From assembly GCA_016212825.1 (NCBI GenBank), contig JACRDS010000143.1:1712-65711 (forward strand): a stretch of DNA of 64,000 bases, given 5' to 3'. Shown here in pieces: positions 1 to 8,380 of this stretch. The DNA comes from Elusimicrobiota bacterium. GTDB lineage: Bacteria > Elusimicrobiota > Elusimicrobia > UBA1565 > UBA9628. The position numbers and the translations under genes are program-made. Positions within the stretch are counted from its first letter, which is position 1, and each line of letters starts with the position of its first letter. The notes beneath the pieces were generated by a model. That model was not told the DNA's origin. It made no database searches and saw only the letters and a list, made by a program, of their open reading frames with translations.

Positions 1-218
1 ACCGACTCCGGGCAGTCCCCCTCGGCGGCCCGCGCGTGGTGCACGGCGTGGAGGTCCCGAATGAGTTCCTCCATCTTCACCGCGAAGGGGCGCGCCGAGA
101 GGATGGCGCTCTGCGAGCGGCGCATGCGCGCCGCGGCCACCATCTTCATGGCCCTGGTGATCTGCTCGGTCGACTTGACCGACTTGATCTTGCGGCGGAT
201 GTCGCGCAGGGATGCCAT
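1..218 (-). CDS. atpG: ATP synthase F1 gamma subunit, N-terminal part (gene runs off the window start)
   Basis: Reverse translation from the ATG at 218..216 gives [36 protein letters not shown]..., the canonical AtpG N-terminus. This ORF is not in the supplied track. Confidence 0.85.
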   Translation of the reverse strand, partial: MASLRDIRRKIKSVKSTEQITRAMKMVAAARMRRSQSAILSARPFAVKMEELIRDLHAVHHARAAEGDCPES

Positions 219-219
219 G

Positions 220-1137
220 TCAGACCTTGGCCTGCGCCGCGCCCAGGTAGTCCTGGACGCCCTTCTCCACGGAGAAGCCGGCCTGCCAGCCGAAGGCCTT
301 CTGCGCCCGGGCCGGGTCGCCCAGGGTCTCGTTCTGGTAGAAGGAGTAGGGGTTCTTGAAGTAGTCCGGCTCGAGCTTCGTCCCCAGCGCGGCGTTGAGG
401 AAGCGGACGATCTCGTTGAAGGTGGTCTTCTTCCCGGTGCAGACATTGTACGCGCCGGAAGGCGCGGACTTGGCCGCGAGCAGGTTGGCCTGCACCACGT
501 CCTTGACGTAGATGTGGTCGCGGTACTGCTCGCCGCCCGTGAAGATGCGCGGGCGCTGGCCCGCGCGCATCTGCAGGGCCAGCTGCCAGATCATGCTGGC
601 CGCGGCCTTCTTGTACAGCTCGCGCGGCCCGAACACGTTGAAGTAGCGCAGCCCCACCACGCGCATCTTGGGATGTGCCTTGGCGAAGTCCGCGGCGACT
701 TTCTCCATGACCCGCTTGGAGAAGGCGTAGACGTTGAGCGGCCTGGGTTCGGCCGTCTCGCGCATGGGCACCGGCCCGTCGCCGTAGACGCCGGCGGAGG
801 AGGCGTAGACCACGGTCTTGACCCCGCGCTCGGCCGCCCAGCCCAGCAGCGCCTGGAAGGCCTCCACGTTGGCGCGCATCATGCGCTTCTGGTCGGTGAC
901 GGTCGTGTCCGTGACGGCCGCCTGATGGAAGACGGCGTCCACCGGGCCGACGCGGTCGGCCCAGGCTTCGAGGTCGCAGAGGTCGGCCGCCGCGAAATCG
1001 CCCTTGAAGCCCTGCAGGTTGCGGAAGTCCCCCGTGGTGAAGTCGTCGAGCCCCACGGCCTCGTGTCCCTCCGCCTCCAGGCGCAGGGCCAGATTGGAGC
1101 CGACGAAGCCGGCCGCTCCCGTCACCAGGGCGCGCAT
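220..1137 (-). CDS. NAD-dependent sugar-nucleotide epimerase, ADP-L-glycero-D-manno-heptose 6-epimerase-like
   Basis: 305 aa. Rossmann motif [20 protein letters not shown] and [15 protein letters not shown] motifs resemble HldD/RfaD. 1-nt gaps to both neighbours. Confidence 0.7.
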   Translation of the reverse strand: MRALVTGAAGFVGSNLALRLEAEGHEAVGLDDFTTGDFRNLQGFKGDFAAADLCDLEAWADRVGPVDAVFHQAAVTDTTVTDQKRMMRANVEAFQALLGWAAERGVKTVVYASSAGVYGDGPVPMRETAEPRPLNVYAFSKRVMEKVAADFAKAHPKMRVVGLRYFNVFGPRELYKKAAASMIWQLALQMRAGQRPRIFTGGEQYRDHIYVKDVVQANLLAAKSAPSGAYNVCTGKKTTFNEIVRFLNAALGTKLEPDYFKNPYSFYQNETLGDPARAQKAFGWQAGFSVEKGVQDYLGAAQAKV

Positions 1138-1138
1138 G

Positions 1139-1558
1139 CTATTTCTTCCTCTTCTCCGTGATCTGCTGCAGGGTCAAAGTCGGGGCGGTGCTCAGGGACT
1201 GGATGCGCTCCAGGACCTTGCCCGCGGGCTTGTCCAGGCTCTGCGCCAGCGGCCCGGAGAACAGGTTCAGCGAGAACATCAGGGCCTCGTGGTCCCAACC
1301 CGTGACGCCGCCCGCGGCCCGGAAGTCCTTGTCCACCTTCTCCACGTACTTCTTGAGGGCCTTGGCGTCGTGGGCCACCAAGTCGGCGAAGGCGGCCGGC
1401 GAGTCCTTCTCGGAGACGAAGGAGAAGACCCCGGCGAGCTTGGGCTGGCCGATGGCGGCCAGGGCCTCGATGCAGCTCAGGCTCAGGACGCCGCCCGCGG
1501 CGGGGGTCTGGGCCGCGGCGCCAGCGGCCAGAGCGATGGATAGGATCAGCGCGTTCAT
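1139..1558 (-). CDS. hypothetical secreted protein (signal peptide)
   Basis: 139 aa. N-terminal [17 protein letters not shown] is signal-like. Its ATG overlaps the atpA stop (ATGA at 1555-1558). No recognisable domain. Confidence 0.6.
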   Translation of the reverse strand: MNALILSIALAAGAAAQTPAAGGVLSLSCIEALAAIGQPKLAGVFSFVSEKDSPAAFADLVAHDAKALKKYVEKVDKDFRAAGGVTGWDHEALMFSLNLFSGPLAQSLDKPAGKVLERIQSLSTAPTLTLQQITEKRKK

Positions 1559-3078
1559 GATCGTCCCTCCAGGAATGCGGCCTTGTACTCGGTCACCGCC
1601 GCGGTCAGGCGCGCGGCCAGGGCGTCGTCGAGGGCGCGCGTCTTGACCAGTCCCTCCAGGACGTCCGGGTGCTTGTCCGCGACATGGGCCAGCAGGCCCG
1701 CCTCGAACTCGCGCACGCGGGCCGCGGGAATCTCGTCGAGGAAGCCGTTGACCCCGGCGAAGATGGCCACGACCTGGCGCTCGAAGGGCATGGGCTGGTA
1801 CTGGTCCTGCTTGAGCAGCTCCACCAGGCGCTCGCCGCGCGCCAGCTGCTGCTGGGAGGCCTTGTCCAGGTCGGCCCCGAACTGGGCGAAGGCGGCCAGC
1901 TCGTTGTACTGGGCCAGGTCCAGGCGCAGGCGGCCGGCCACGGTCTTCATGGCCTTGGTCTGGGCCGCGCCGCCCACGCGCGACACGGAGAGGCCGACGT
2001 TGACCGCCGGGCGCACCCCGGAGTAGAACAGGCCCGTCTCCAGGTAGATCTGCCCGTCGGTGATGGAGATGACGTTGGTGGGGATGTAGGCCGAAACGTC
2101 GCCGGCCTGGGTCTCGATGATGGGCAGGGCCGTCAGCGACCCGCCTCCGTTCTTCTCGGAGAGGGCGCAGGCGCGCTCGAGCAGGCGGGAGTGCAGGTAG
2201 AACACGTCGCCCGGATAGGCCTCGCGGCCCGGCGGGCGGCGCAGCAGCAAAGAGAGCTGGCGGTAGGACTGGGCGTGCTTGGAGAGGTCGTCGTAGACGA
2301 CCAGCACGTCCTTGCCCTGATGCAGGAACTCCTCGCCCATGGCGCAGCCCGCGTAGGGCGCGATGTAGAGCAGCGGCGCCGGGTCCGCGGCCGCGGCGCA
2401 GACCACGATGGAGTACTCCATGGCGCCGTGGTCCTCCAGGGTCTTGACCACCTGGGCCACCGTGGACTGCTTCTGGCCCACGGCCACGTAGATGCAGATG
2501 GGGCGCCGGGGCGCGTGCTTCTGGTTGATGATGGCGTCGATGGCGATGGCGGTCTTGCCGGTCTGCCGGTCGCCGATGATGAGCTCGCGCTGGCCCCGGC
2601 CGATGGGGATCATGGAGTCGATGGCCTTGAGGCCCGTCTGCAGCGGCGACTGGACCGGGGTGCGCTCCACCACGCCGGCGGCCACGACTTCGATGGGGCG
2701 GGTCTTCGTCGTCTTGATCGGGCCCTTGCCGTCGAGCGGCTGGCCCAGGGGGCTGACCACGCGGCCGACCATGGCCTCGCCCACGGGCACGGACATGACC
2801 TTCCCGGTGCGCTTGACCGGGTCGCCCTCGTGGATGAGATGGTCCGGTCCGAGCAGCACGCAGCCCACGTTCTCGGCCTCGAGGTTGAGCACCATGCCCA
2901 CCACGCCGTGCGGGAGTTCCAGGAGCTCGCCGGCCATGGCCTGCTCCAGGCCGTAGACGCGGGCGATGCCGTCGCCGACCTGCAGCACCGCGCCCTCCTC
3001 CTGCAGCCGAGCCGTCTTGCCCCAGGACTCCAGGCGGGACTTGATGACCGACGTGATCTCTTCTGGTCTAATCGCCAC
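1555..3078 (-). CDS. atpA: ATP synthase F1 alpha subunit
   Basis: 507 aa. Walker [20 protein letters not shown] and full-length alpha-subunit similarity. GTG start. Confidence 0.98.
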   Translation of the reverse strand: MAIRPEEITSVIKSRLESWGKTARLQEEGAVLQVGDGIARVYGLEQAMAGELLELPHGVVGMVLNLEAENVGCVLLGPDHLIHEGDPVKRTGKVMSVPVGEAMVGRVVSPLGQPLDGKGPIKTTKTRPIEVVAAGVVERTPVQSPLQTGLKAIDSMIPIGRGQRELIIGDRQTGKTAIAIDAIINQKHAPRRPICIYVAVGQKQSTVAQVVKTLEDHGAMEYSIVVCAAAADPAPLLYIAPYAGCAMGEEFLHQGKDVLVVYDDLSKHAQSYRQLSLLLRRPPGREAYPGDVFYLHSRLLERACALSEKNGGGSLTALPIIETQAGDVSAYIPTNVISITDGQIYLETGLFYSGVRPAVNVGLSVSRVGGAAQTKAMKTVAGRLRLDLAQYNELAAFAQFGADLDKASQQQLARGERLVELLKQDQYQPMPFERQVVAIFAGVNGFLDEIPAARVREFEAGLLAHVADKHPDVLEGLVKTRALDDALAARLTAAVTEYKAAFLEGRS

Positions 3079-3604
3079 CGATCGCCTCCTTGAGACTCTG
3101 CAGCTGGCCGCGCAGGCTGCTGTCGAGGACCCAGTCCCCCAGCCGCACGGTCACGCCGCCCAAAAGCTCCGGGTCCTGCCGGACGTCGAGCTCCACGCCG
3201 GTCCCGGCGAACTTCTCCAGGCTCTGGCGCAGGCGGGCCCGGTCCGCCTCCGAGAGCGGCCGCGCCGCGCGCACCCGCGCCCGCACGACCCCGCGCGACT
3301 GCAGCATGAGCCGGTCGAAATCCCCCGCCAGCGCGGGCAGCAGGGCGAAGCGCTTCTTCTCGATGAGGAACTCCAAGAAATCCGCGGTCAGGGGCGCGGC
3401 CGCCCCGCCCAGGCTCTCGCGCACCAGGGCCTTCTTCCGGGCCGCGGACACGCGCGGGTCGCGCAGCAGGGGCAGGGCCCCGGCCAGGGCCGAGACGCAG
3501 GCGGCGAGGTCGGCGGCGACCGCCGCCTCCGACTGGCGGGCCGCGGCGCAGGCGAACAGCGCCCGCGCGTAGCGGCCGGCCAGGCAGCGCTCCGCGCTGG
3601 TCAC
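3068..3604 (-). CDS. atpH: ATP synthase delta (OSCP) subunit
   Basis: 178 aa. Lies between atpF and atpA. OSCP-like N-terminus (RYARALF). GTG start in a GTGA overlap with the atpF stop. Confidence 0.85.
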   Translation of the reverse strand: MTSAERCLAGRYARALFACAAARQSEAAVAADLAACVSALAGALPLLRDPRVSAARKKALVRESLGGAAAPLTADFLEFLIEKKRFALLPALAGDFDRLMLQSRGVVRARVRAARPLSEADRARLRQSLEKFAGTGVELDVRQDPELLGGVTVRLGDWVLDSSLRGQLQSLKEAIGGD

Positions 3605-4107
3605 CGGCGGCCGCCTCCCTGGGAGACTTCCTTGAGGAAGTCGTCGAGCACGGCCTTCTCCACGGCCGGGTCCACGCTGCGGCGCAGGAGCTTCTCCGCG
3701 GCCAGCAGCGAGAGCCCCGCGACCTCGCGGCGCAGCTCTCCGACCAGGCGCTCCTTCTCGCGCGCCAGCTCCGCGGCGGTCTTCTCGCGCAGACGGCGCG
3801 AGTCCTCCTCCGCCGCGGTCTTGAACTTCGCCAGCAGGGCCTCGCCCTCCCGGGCGGCCTTCGCCAGGGCCTCCTGCCGGCGCGCCGCGGCCTCGGCCAG
3901 TTGGGCGGCGAGTTCGCCTTTGATGCGCTCGGAGTCCGCGCGCGCCTGCTTGGCCGCCTCGGCCTCGGCCCGCAGGCCGGCCTCGCGCGCCGCGATGGCC
4001 GACAGCAGCGGGCCCCAGGCGAAGCGCTTGAGCAGGGCGGCCAGGGCCAGGAAGGTGACGATGGTCCAGAACATCAGCCCCGGGTCCGGGGATACCAGCT
4101 TGTCCAT
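3601..4107 (-). CDS. atpF: ATP synthase F0 subunit b
   Basis: 168 aa. One N-terminal TM helix followed by a long charged Ala/Glu/Arg-rich helix. Operon position fits. Confidence 0.85.
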   Translation of the reverse strand: MDKLVSPDPGLMFWTIVTFLALAALLKRFAWGPLLSAIAAREAGLRAEAEAAKQARADSERIKGELAAQLAEAAARRQEALAKAAREGEALLAKFKTAAEEDSRRLREKTAAELAREKERLVGELRREVAGLSLLAAEKLLRRSVDPAVEKAVLDDFLKEVSQGGGRR

Positions 4108-4111
4108 GCGC

Positions 4112-4411
4112 TCAGTGGTGCGCGGGCGCTTCGACGGCGGCCGGGGTCCCGGCGGTCTTGGCGGCGCTGTCCACGCCCTTGTTGAGGGTCAGCACGCCCA
4201 AAAACGCCACGACCAGGGCCAGCAGGCCGAGGCCTTCGATCATGGCCGCGGGGATGATCATCATGGTCTGCAAAGTGCCCGCCGCCTCCGGCTGGCGCGC
4301 CGCGCCTTCCAAAGCCGAGCTGGAGAGCTTGCCGATGCCCAGGCCCGCGCCGAGCAGGCAGATGCCCATGCCGAGTCCGATTCCGATGTAGCCGAGTCCG
4401 AGGTAGGTCAT
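4112..4411 (-). CDS. atpE: ATP synthase F0 subunit c
   Basis: 99 aa starting MTYLGLGYIGIGLGMG... Hairpin of two TM helices around ARQPE. GGAGGAACA Shine-Dalgarno upstream of the ATG at 4411. The track ORF extends further 5' but that extension is Arg/Trp-rich nonsense. Confidence 0.9.
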   Translation of the reverse strand: MTYLGLGYIGIGLGMGICLLGAGLGIGKLSSSALEGAARQPEAAGTLQTMMIIPAAMIEGLGLLALVVAFLGVLTLNKGVDSAAKTAGTPAAVEAPAHH

Positions 4412-4439
4412 TGTTCCTCCTAGTTGTGTTATGAGAGCC

Positions 4440-5222
4440 TCAATGCGGATGCACCGCCATGCCCACGAAGAGCGCCGTGAGCAAGGTGAAGATGTAGGCC
4501 TGGATGAGGGCCACCAGCAGGTCCAGGGCCATGACGAAGAGGGCCAGGCCGACGGCGGCGGGCGCCACGCCCAGCCCAACGGCCGCGCCGAACTGCGAGA
4601 AGATGAAGATCATGCACAGGAAAGCCAAGGACACGATGTGCCCGGAGATGATGTTGGCGAAGAGGCGGATGCACAGGGCCACGCACTTGGCGCCCATGCC
4701 CACGATCTCGATGAGGAAGATGAGGGGCACCAGGATGGGGCTGAGCCACCAGATGCTGGGCAGGCCGCCGGGGACGAAGTGCTTCAGGTGCTTGACCACC
4801 CCGTACTCCCGGATGCCGGAGAGGTTGATGAGGGCGAAGGTGCACAGGGCCAGAGACGCGGTCACGGAGACGTTGCCCGTGACGGCCGAGCTGCCGGGGA
4901 GCAGGCCCCAGAGGTTGCAGCCCAGTATGAAGAAAAAGAGGGTCAGGAAGTAGGGCAGGAAGGCGTCCGCCGCGTGCCCGAAGACGGGCGCCACGATCTT
5001 GTCGCGGATGAAGAGGACGACCTCCTCCACCGCGGTGCGCAGCAGCAGCCCGGCCCCGGAGCGCCCGCGCGCCGCGGCCGAGAGCACGGCCGCGAGTCCG
5101 GCGGCCACCACCCACATGGTCACCGAGTGCTTGGACACGGAGAGGGTGAAGCCGCCCCGGGAGAAGAGCGGGAAGTAGGCGTGGTCGAGCAGGTGGTGCC
5201 CGAGAATGGCCTCGAAGTTCAT
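4440..5222 (-). CDS. atpB: ATP synthase F0 subunit a
   Basis: 260 aa from MNFEAILGHH... Conserved LCIRLFANIISGH region containing the essential Arg. Start chosen at the ATG at 5222, inside the longer track ORF. Confidence 0.9.
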   Translation of the reverse strand: MNFEAILGHHLLDHAYFPLFSRGGFTLSVSKHSVTMWVVAAGLAAVLSAAARGRSGAGLLLRTAVEEVVLFIRDKIVAPVFGHAADAFLPYFLTLFFFILGCNLWGLLPGSSAVTGNVSVTASLALCTFALINLSGIREYGVVKHLKHFVPGGLPSIWWLSPILVPLIFLIEIVGMGAKCVALCIRLFANIISGHIVSLAFLCMIFIFSQFGAAVGLGVAPAAVGLALFVMALDLLVALIQAYIFTLLTALFVGMAVHPH

Positions 5223-5611
5223 CTCAGACGGACCTGCCTGAGCTCGATGGGCAGCAAGCAGGCGACCCCGACCCCGTAGCCGGCCAGCAGGGCGTCGGCC
5301 GCGGCCTGAGGCGAGCGCAGGCACCAGAGCATCAGGGCGACGAGCACGGCCAGGCGGCTGCCGATGCCGGTCCAGAAAGCCAGCCAGAAGGCGCGCGCCG
5401 AGACCTGCCGGGCCGCCAGCAGGGCGGCCGCCCCGAGGGAGGCCAGGATCCAGGCCGCGGCCAGGCCCAAGGCCGCTCCGCGCCCCGCGCCGCCGGGCCA
5501 CAGGCGCAGGGCCGCGGCCCCGGCCAGGGCGGCGAGGAGCCCGGCGGGCAGGGCCGCCTTAGCGGCTCCCGCGCTTAACTCTCGATAATTTAACGAGACG
5601 ATAGAGTCCAA
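5219..5611 (-). CDS. AtpI-like small hydrophobic protein (start uncertain, TTG)
   Basis: 130 aa with several Ala/Leu-rich TM segments, immediately upstream of atpB. It overlaps the atpZ 3' end by 53 nt if the TTG at 5611 is used. Confidence 0.5.
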   Translation of the reverse strand: MDSIVSLNYRELSAGAAKAALPAGLLAALAGAAALRLWPGGAGRGAALGLAAAWILASLGAAALLAARQVSARAFWLAFWTGIGSRLAVLVALMLWCLRSPQAAADALLAGYGVGVACLLPIELRQVRLR

Positions 5612-5792
5612 AAGCCATCCCGGCCATCGCGCCGAGCACCGTGAGCCCGGGCAGCGTGCCCAGGACCGAGTCCAGCCACCAGCCGCCGCCGACTCCGACG
5701 AAGACCGCGGCCGCCAGCTCCGTGCCGGCCGCCAAGGCGTCGGTCCAGCGCGGGGACGCCGGCCCCACCTCAGGCTTCTGCTCTACGGGCAT
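5559..5792 (-). CDS. AtpZ/AtpR-type F0F1-ATPase-associated small membrane protein
   Basis: 77 aa: MPVEQKPEV...AAAVFVGVGGGWWLDSVLGT...GMAFGLYRLVK. Two TM helices with the GGGWWLD motif typical of this family. First gene of the atp operon. Confidence 0.65.
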   Translation of the reverse strand: MPVEQKPEVGPASPRWTDALAAGTELAAAVFVGVGGGWWLDSVLGTLPGLTVLGAMAGMAFGLYRLVKLSRVKRGSR

Positions 5793-5811
5793 GCGCGATG
5801 ACGACGGGAAG

Positions 5812-5842
5812 ATTCTACGATTTATCCGCCTGCGCCTGTCAA
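5812..5842 (-). promoter_or_regulatory. candidate atp operon promoter
   Basis: On the minus strand: TTGACA (5842..5837), a 19-nt spacer, then TAGAAT (5817..5812), 19 nt upstream of the atpZ ATG. The spacer is long, so this is tentative. Confidence 0.35.
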
Positions 5843-5949
5843 TGACGGCCGCCGGCGGTAAGGATTTCCGTCCCGCCGGCACCGACGGGACCTCCGCTAC
5901 CGTCGGCGCCGGACCGGTCAATTGTTGTATACTTCTCGCGTACCGGAAA

Positions 5950-6900
5950 ATGGCCGAACCGCAACACCCCCTGCCGCGCATCCTGCTCGCCGACGACGAG
6001 CCCGACCTCCTGGCCCTCATGAAGGAGACCCTGGAGCGCCAGGGCTTCACGGTGACCACGGCCCTCGACGGGCAGGAGGCCCTGGCCGCCATCCGCCAGG
6101 ACCCTCCGGACATCGCGGTGCTCGACCTCATCATGCCCCGCTGCGACGGCTTCACGGTCTGCCGGGAGCTGCGCAAGGACCCGCTCTTCGCGCACCTGCC
6201 CATCATCATCCTCTCCGCCTCGGGCTCGCGCGACAGCCGCATCGAGGGCCTGGACCTGGGCGTCGACGACTTCATCACCAAGTCCGTGGACATCCGGGAG
6301 CTGCTGGCCCGCATCCGCATGATCCTCAAGCGCACGCGGCAGGGCCTCGACGCCAACCCGCTGACGCGCCTGCCCGGCAACCTCTCCATCGAGTCGCGCA
6401 TCGAGGACGCCCTGGCCAAGGGCCAGCCCATGGCCGTGCTCTACGTGGACCTCGACCAGTTCAAGGCCTACAACGACTGCTACGGCTACGAGGCCGGCGA
6501 CCACGTCCTGCGCACCCTGGCCGACGCGCTGGTCAAGGTCGCGCGCGGGCACGGCGGCCCGCCCGACTTCGTGGGCCACATCGGCGGCGACGACTTCATC
6601 ATGCTCACCGCGCCCGAGCGCATGGAGGAGGCGGCCAAGAGCGTCATCGCGGAGTTCGACGCGGCCGTGCCCGCCTTCTACAACGAGGCCGACCGCGCGC
6701 GCGGCCGCATCGTGTCCACCGACCGTCAGGGCAACGTCAAGGAGTTCCCTCTGCTCTCGGTCTCCATCGGCATCTGCCACAACGCGGACCGCAGGCTGGA
6801 GTCCGTGGCCCAGGTCTCCCAGATCGGGGCGGAGCTCAAGAAGGCGGCCAAGGAGATGCCGGGAAGCAAGTATCTCCTGGACCGCCGCAAAGCCGTCTAG
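5950..6900 (+). CDS. response regulator: receiver domain plus GGDEF-type domain with a GGDDF variant motif
   Basis: 316 aa from MAEPQHPLPRILLADDEPD. Receiver residues are present: DD, LDLIMP, ILSAS, TKS. The GGDEF-like domain has LTRLPGN, DLDQFKAYNDCYGYEAGD and HIGGDDFIM. Confidence 0.9.
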   Translation: MAEPQHPLPRILLADDEPDLLALMKETLERQGFTVTTALDGQEALAAIRQDPPDIAVLDLIMPRCDGFTVCRELRKDPLFAHLPIIILSASGSRDSRIEGLDLGVDDFITKSVDIRELLARIRMILKRTRQGLDANPLTRLPGNLSIESRIEDALAKGQPMAVLYVDLDQFKAYNDCYGYEAGDHVLRTLADALVKVARGHGGPPDFVGHIGGDDFIMLTAPERMEEAAKSVIAEFDAAVPAFYNEADRARGRIVSTDRQGNVKEFPLLSVSIGICHNADRRLESVAQVSQIGAELKKAAKEMPGSKYLLDRRKAV

Positions 6901-7580
6901 CCCCAGCAGTAGCCGCGCCCGCGCACCGTGCGCAGGCTCCGGCCGGCGGGTCCCAGCTTGCGGCGCAGGGAGGCGGCCTGCTTGTCGAGGGCCTCGCTGT
7001 TGACGTCCCCCCCGCGGCCCCGCCAGAGGGCCTCCAGCAGGTCCGCCCGCTCGAAGACGCGGCCCGGGCGCTCCAGCAGGAGCCGCAGGAGCCCCGCCTC
7101 CCGGACCGACAGGGCCGGCCCGGGCTTCCAGGCCCCCCGGCGGCGCAGGAAGACCCGGCCGCCGGCCGGCTGCAGACGCACGCGGCCGTCGGGCGAGGTC
7201 AGCCCCCGCTCGCGCGCCGCGGCCGCGGCGCGCCGGCCCAGCTCACGCAGACGCGCGGCCAGGACAGCCTCGGACCCGTCCTTGTCCAGGATGCCGTCAG
7301 CGCCCCGCGCCAAGGCCTCGGATACGGCGCCGGCGGCCAGGCCCTCCCGGGCGACGGCAAAGGCCAGGACATAGCCGGGCAGGTCGCGCCGCACGGCCCG
7401 CGCCCAGCGCGGGGCCTCGGGCCCGCTGTCCGCCACGACCACCCCCGCGGCGCCCGCGCGCGCGGAGAGGACGCGCGCGTCGCGCAGGCGGGAGAACTCC
7501 AAGCCCGCTCCGCCCGCCGCCCGCTCCAGGCGGCCCAGCCAATCCGCGTCGGCGGAGACCGCGAGCAGGGCCGTCATCAT
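6897..7580 (-). CDS. OmpR/PhoB-type winged-helix regulator with an atypical receiver-like N-terminal domain
   Basis: 227 aa. C-terminal trans_reg_C signature: LSVREAGLLRLLLERPGRVF..LLEALW......ALDKQAASLRRKL......TVRGRGY. The N-terminal domain keeps VVVAD and DK but lacks the conserved Thr/Ser. Confidence 0.75.
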   Translation of the reverse strand: MMTALLAVSADADWLGRLERAAGGAGLEFSRLRDARVLSARAGAAGVVVADSGPEAPRWARAVRRDLPGYVLAFAVAREGLAAGAVSEALARGADGILDKDGSEAVLAARLRELGRRAAAAARERGLTSPDGRVRLQPAGGRVFLRRRGAWKPGPALSVREAGLLRLLLERPGRVFERADLLEALWRGRGGDVNSEALDKQAASLRRKLGPAGRSLRTVRGRGYCWG

Positions 7581-7593
7581 GGGCGGACTCCCC

Positions 7594-7986
7594 TCAGAGC
7601 GGGCGGTCTACTCCGGTGAGTTCCTTGATGGCCGCGCGCAGGGTCTCGAAGTTGATGGGCTTGCCGATGATCCGGACGTAGGGGTCGAACGGGACCATCC
7701 TGCGGGCAGCATCCAGGTCCATGGCGGTCATGAAGATCACGGGCAGCTGGGGCGAGAGCGTGGGCAGGGCGCGCAGCTCCCGCACCGCATCGACGCCGCT
7801 GCGGCCGCCGGGCATCTGGATGTCGGTGATGACGAGCCCCACCCGCAGTCCCTGGGCCTGCACCACCTCCTGCCAGGCGTCGGTGGCGGTGGTGACCTGG
7901 TAGCCCGCGGCATCCAAGACCTTGCTGACCAAAGCCAGCATCTCGGGGTCGTCGTCCACGACCAGGACGTAGGCTTCCCGGGGCAT
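7594..7986 (-). CDS. single-domain CheY-like response regulator (copy 1)
   Basis: 130 aa. [24 protein letters not shown] and GKPI give the complete receiver residue set. Confidence 0.9.
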   Translation of the reverse strand: MPREAYVLVVDDDPEMLALVSKVLDAAGYQVTTATDAWQEVVQAQGLRVGLVITDIQMPGGRSGVDAVRELRALPTLSPQLPVIFMTAMDLDAARRMVPFDPYVRIIGKPINFETLRAAIKELTGVDRPL

Positions 7987-7987
7987 A

Positions 7988-8380
7988 TCAGAGGGGCCGG
8001 TCCACGCCGGTGAGCTCCCGGATGGCCACGCGCAGGTTGTCGAAGTCGATGGGCTTGCTGATGAGCCGGACGTGCGGGTCGAACGGGATCATCTGCCGCG
8101 CCTTGTCCAGGCTCAGGCCGGTCATGAAGACCACGGGCAGCATGGGCGAGACCGCTGGCGTGGCGCGCAGTTGCTTGAACGCGTCCACCCCCGTGCCCAC
8201 CCCCGGCATCATGATGTCCGAGATGATGAGCCCGATCTTCACGCCCTGGGCCTGCACCACCTGCTGCCACGCGTCGGTCGCGGTGGTGACGCGGTAGCCG
8301 GCCATCTCCAGGCGGGTGGCCACCAGGTTGAGCACGATGGGGTCGTCGTCGACCACCAGGACGAAAGCTTCTTTAGACAT
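7988..8380 (-). CDS. single-domain CheY-like response regulator (copy 2)
   Basis: 130 aa from [14 protein letters not shown]. About two-thirds identical to copy 1 over the full length. Its ATG shares one base with the thiolase TGA (TGATG at 8382..8378). Confidence 0.9.
   Translation of the reverse strand: MSKEAFVLVVDDDPIVLNLVATRLEMAGYRVTTATDAWQQVVQAQGVKIGLIISDIMMPGVGTGVDAFKQLRATPAVSPMLPVVFMTGLSLDKARQMIPFDPHVRLISKPIDFDNLRVAIRELTGVDRPL

Larger units (their letters stand above)
7594..8380 (-). repeat. tandem gene duplication of the CheY-like response regulator
   Basis: Two 130-aa paralogs, head to tail, 1 nt apart. Both end in ...ELTGVDRPL. Confidence 0.85.

Noticed and set aside
61-1161. Long ORFs antisense to, or frame-shifted against, clearly recognisable genes. 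Examples: 61-1161(+), 1669-3093(+), 2966-4423(+), 8468-9658(-), 20152-22374(+), 23146-25110(+), 38050-40221(+), 43633-47055(-), 48918-52409(-), 61319-63874(+).
   Set aside because: Their translations are Arg/Gly/Ala/Pro-rich low-complexity strings with no motifs. They overlap genes with unambiguous homology (atpA, recA, pepF, metH and others). Such open frames are expected by chance in very GC-rich DNA because stop codons are AT-rich.
6583-6597. The GGDD motif as a sign of a Cas10-like palm domain or CRISPR type III signalling.
   Set aside because: The surrounding sequence (DLDQFKAYNDCYGYEAGD, receiver domain, ~170-aa domain size) is a standard GGDEF fold, and no cas genes are present. It is treated as a GGDEF variant instead.
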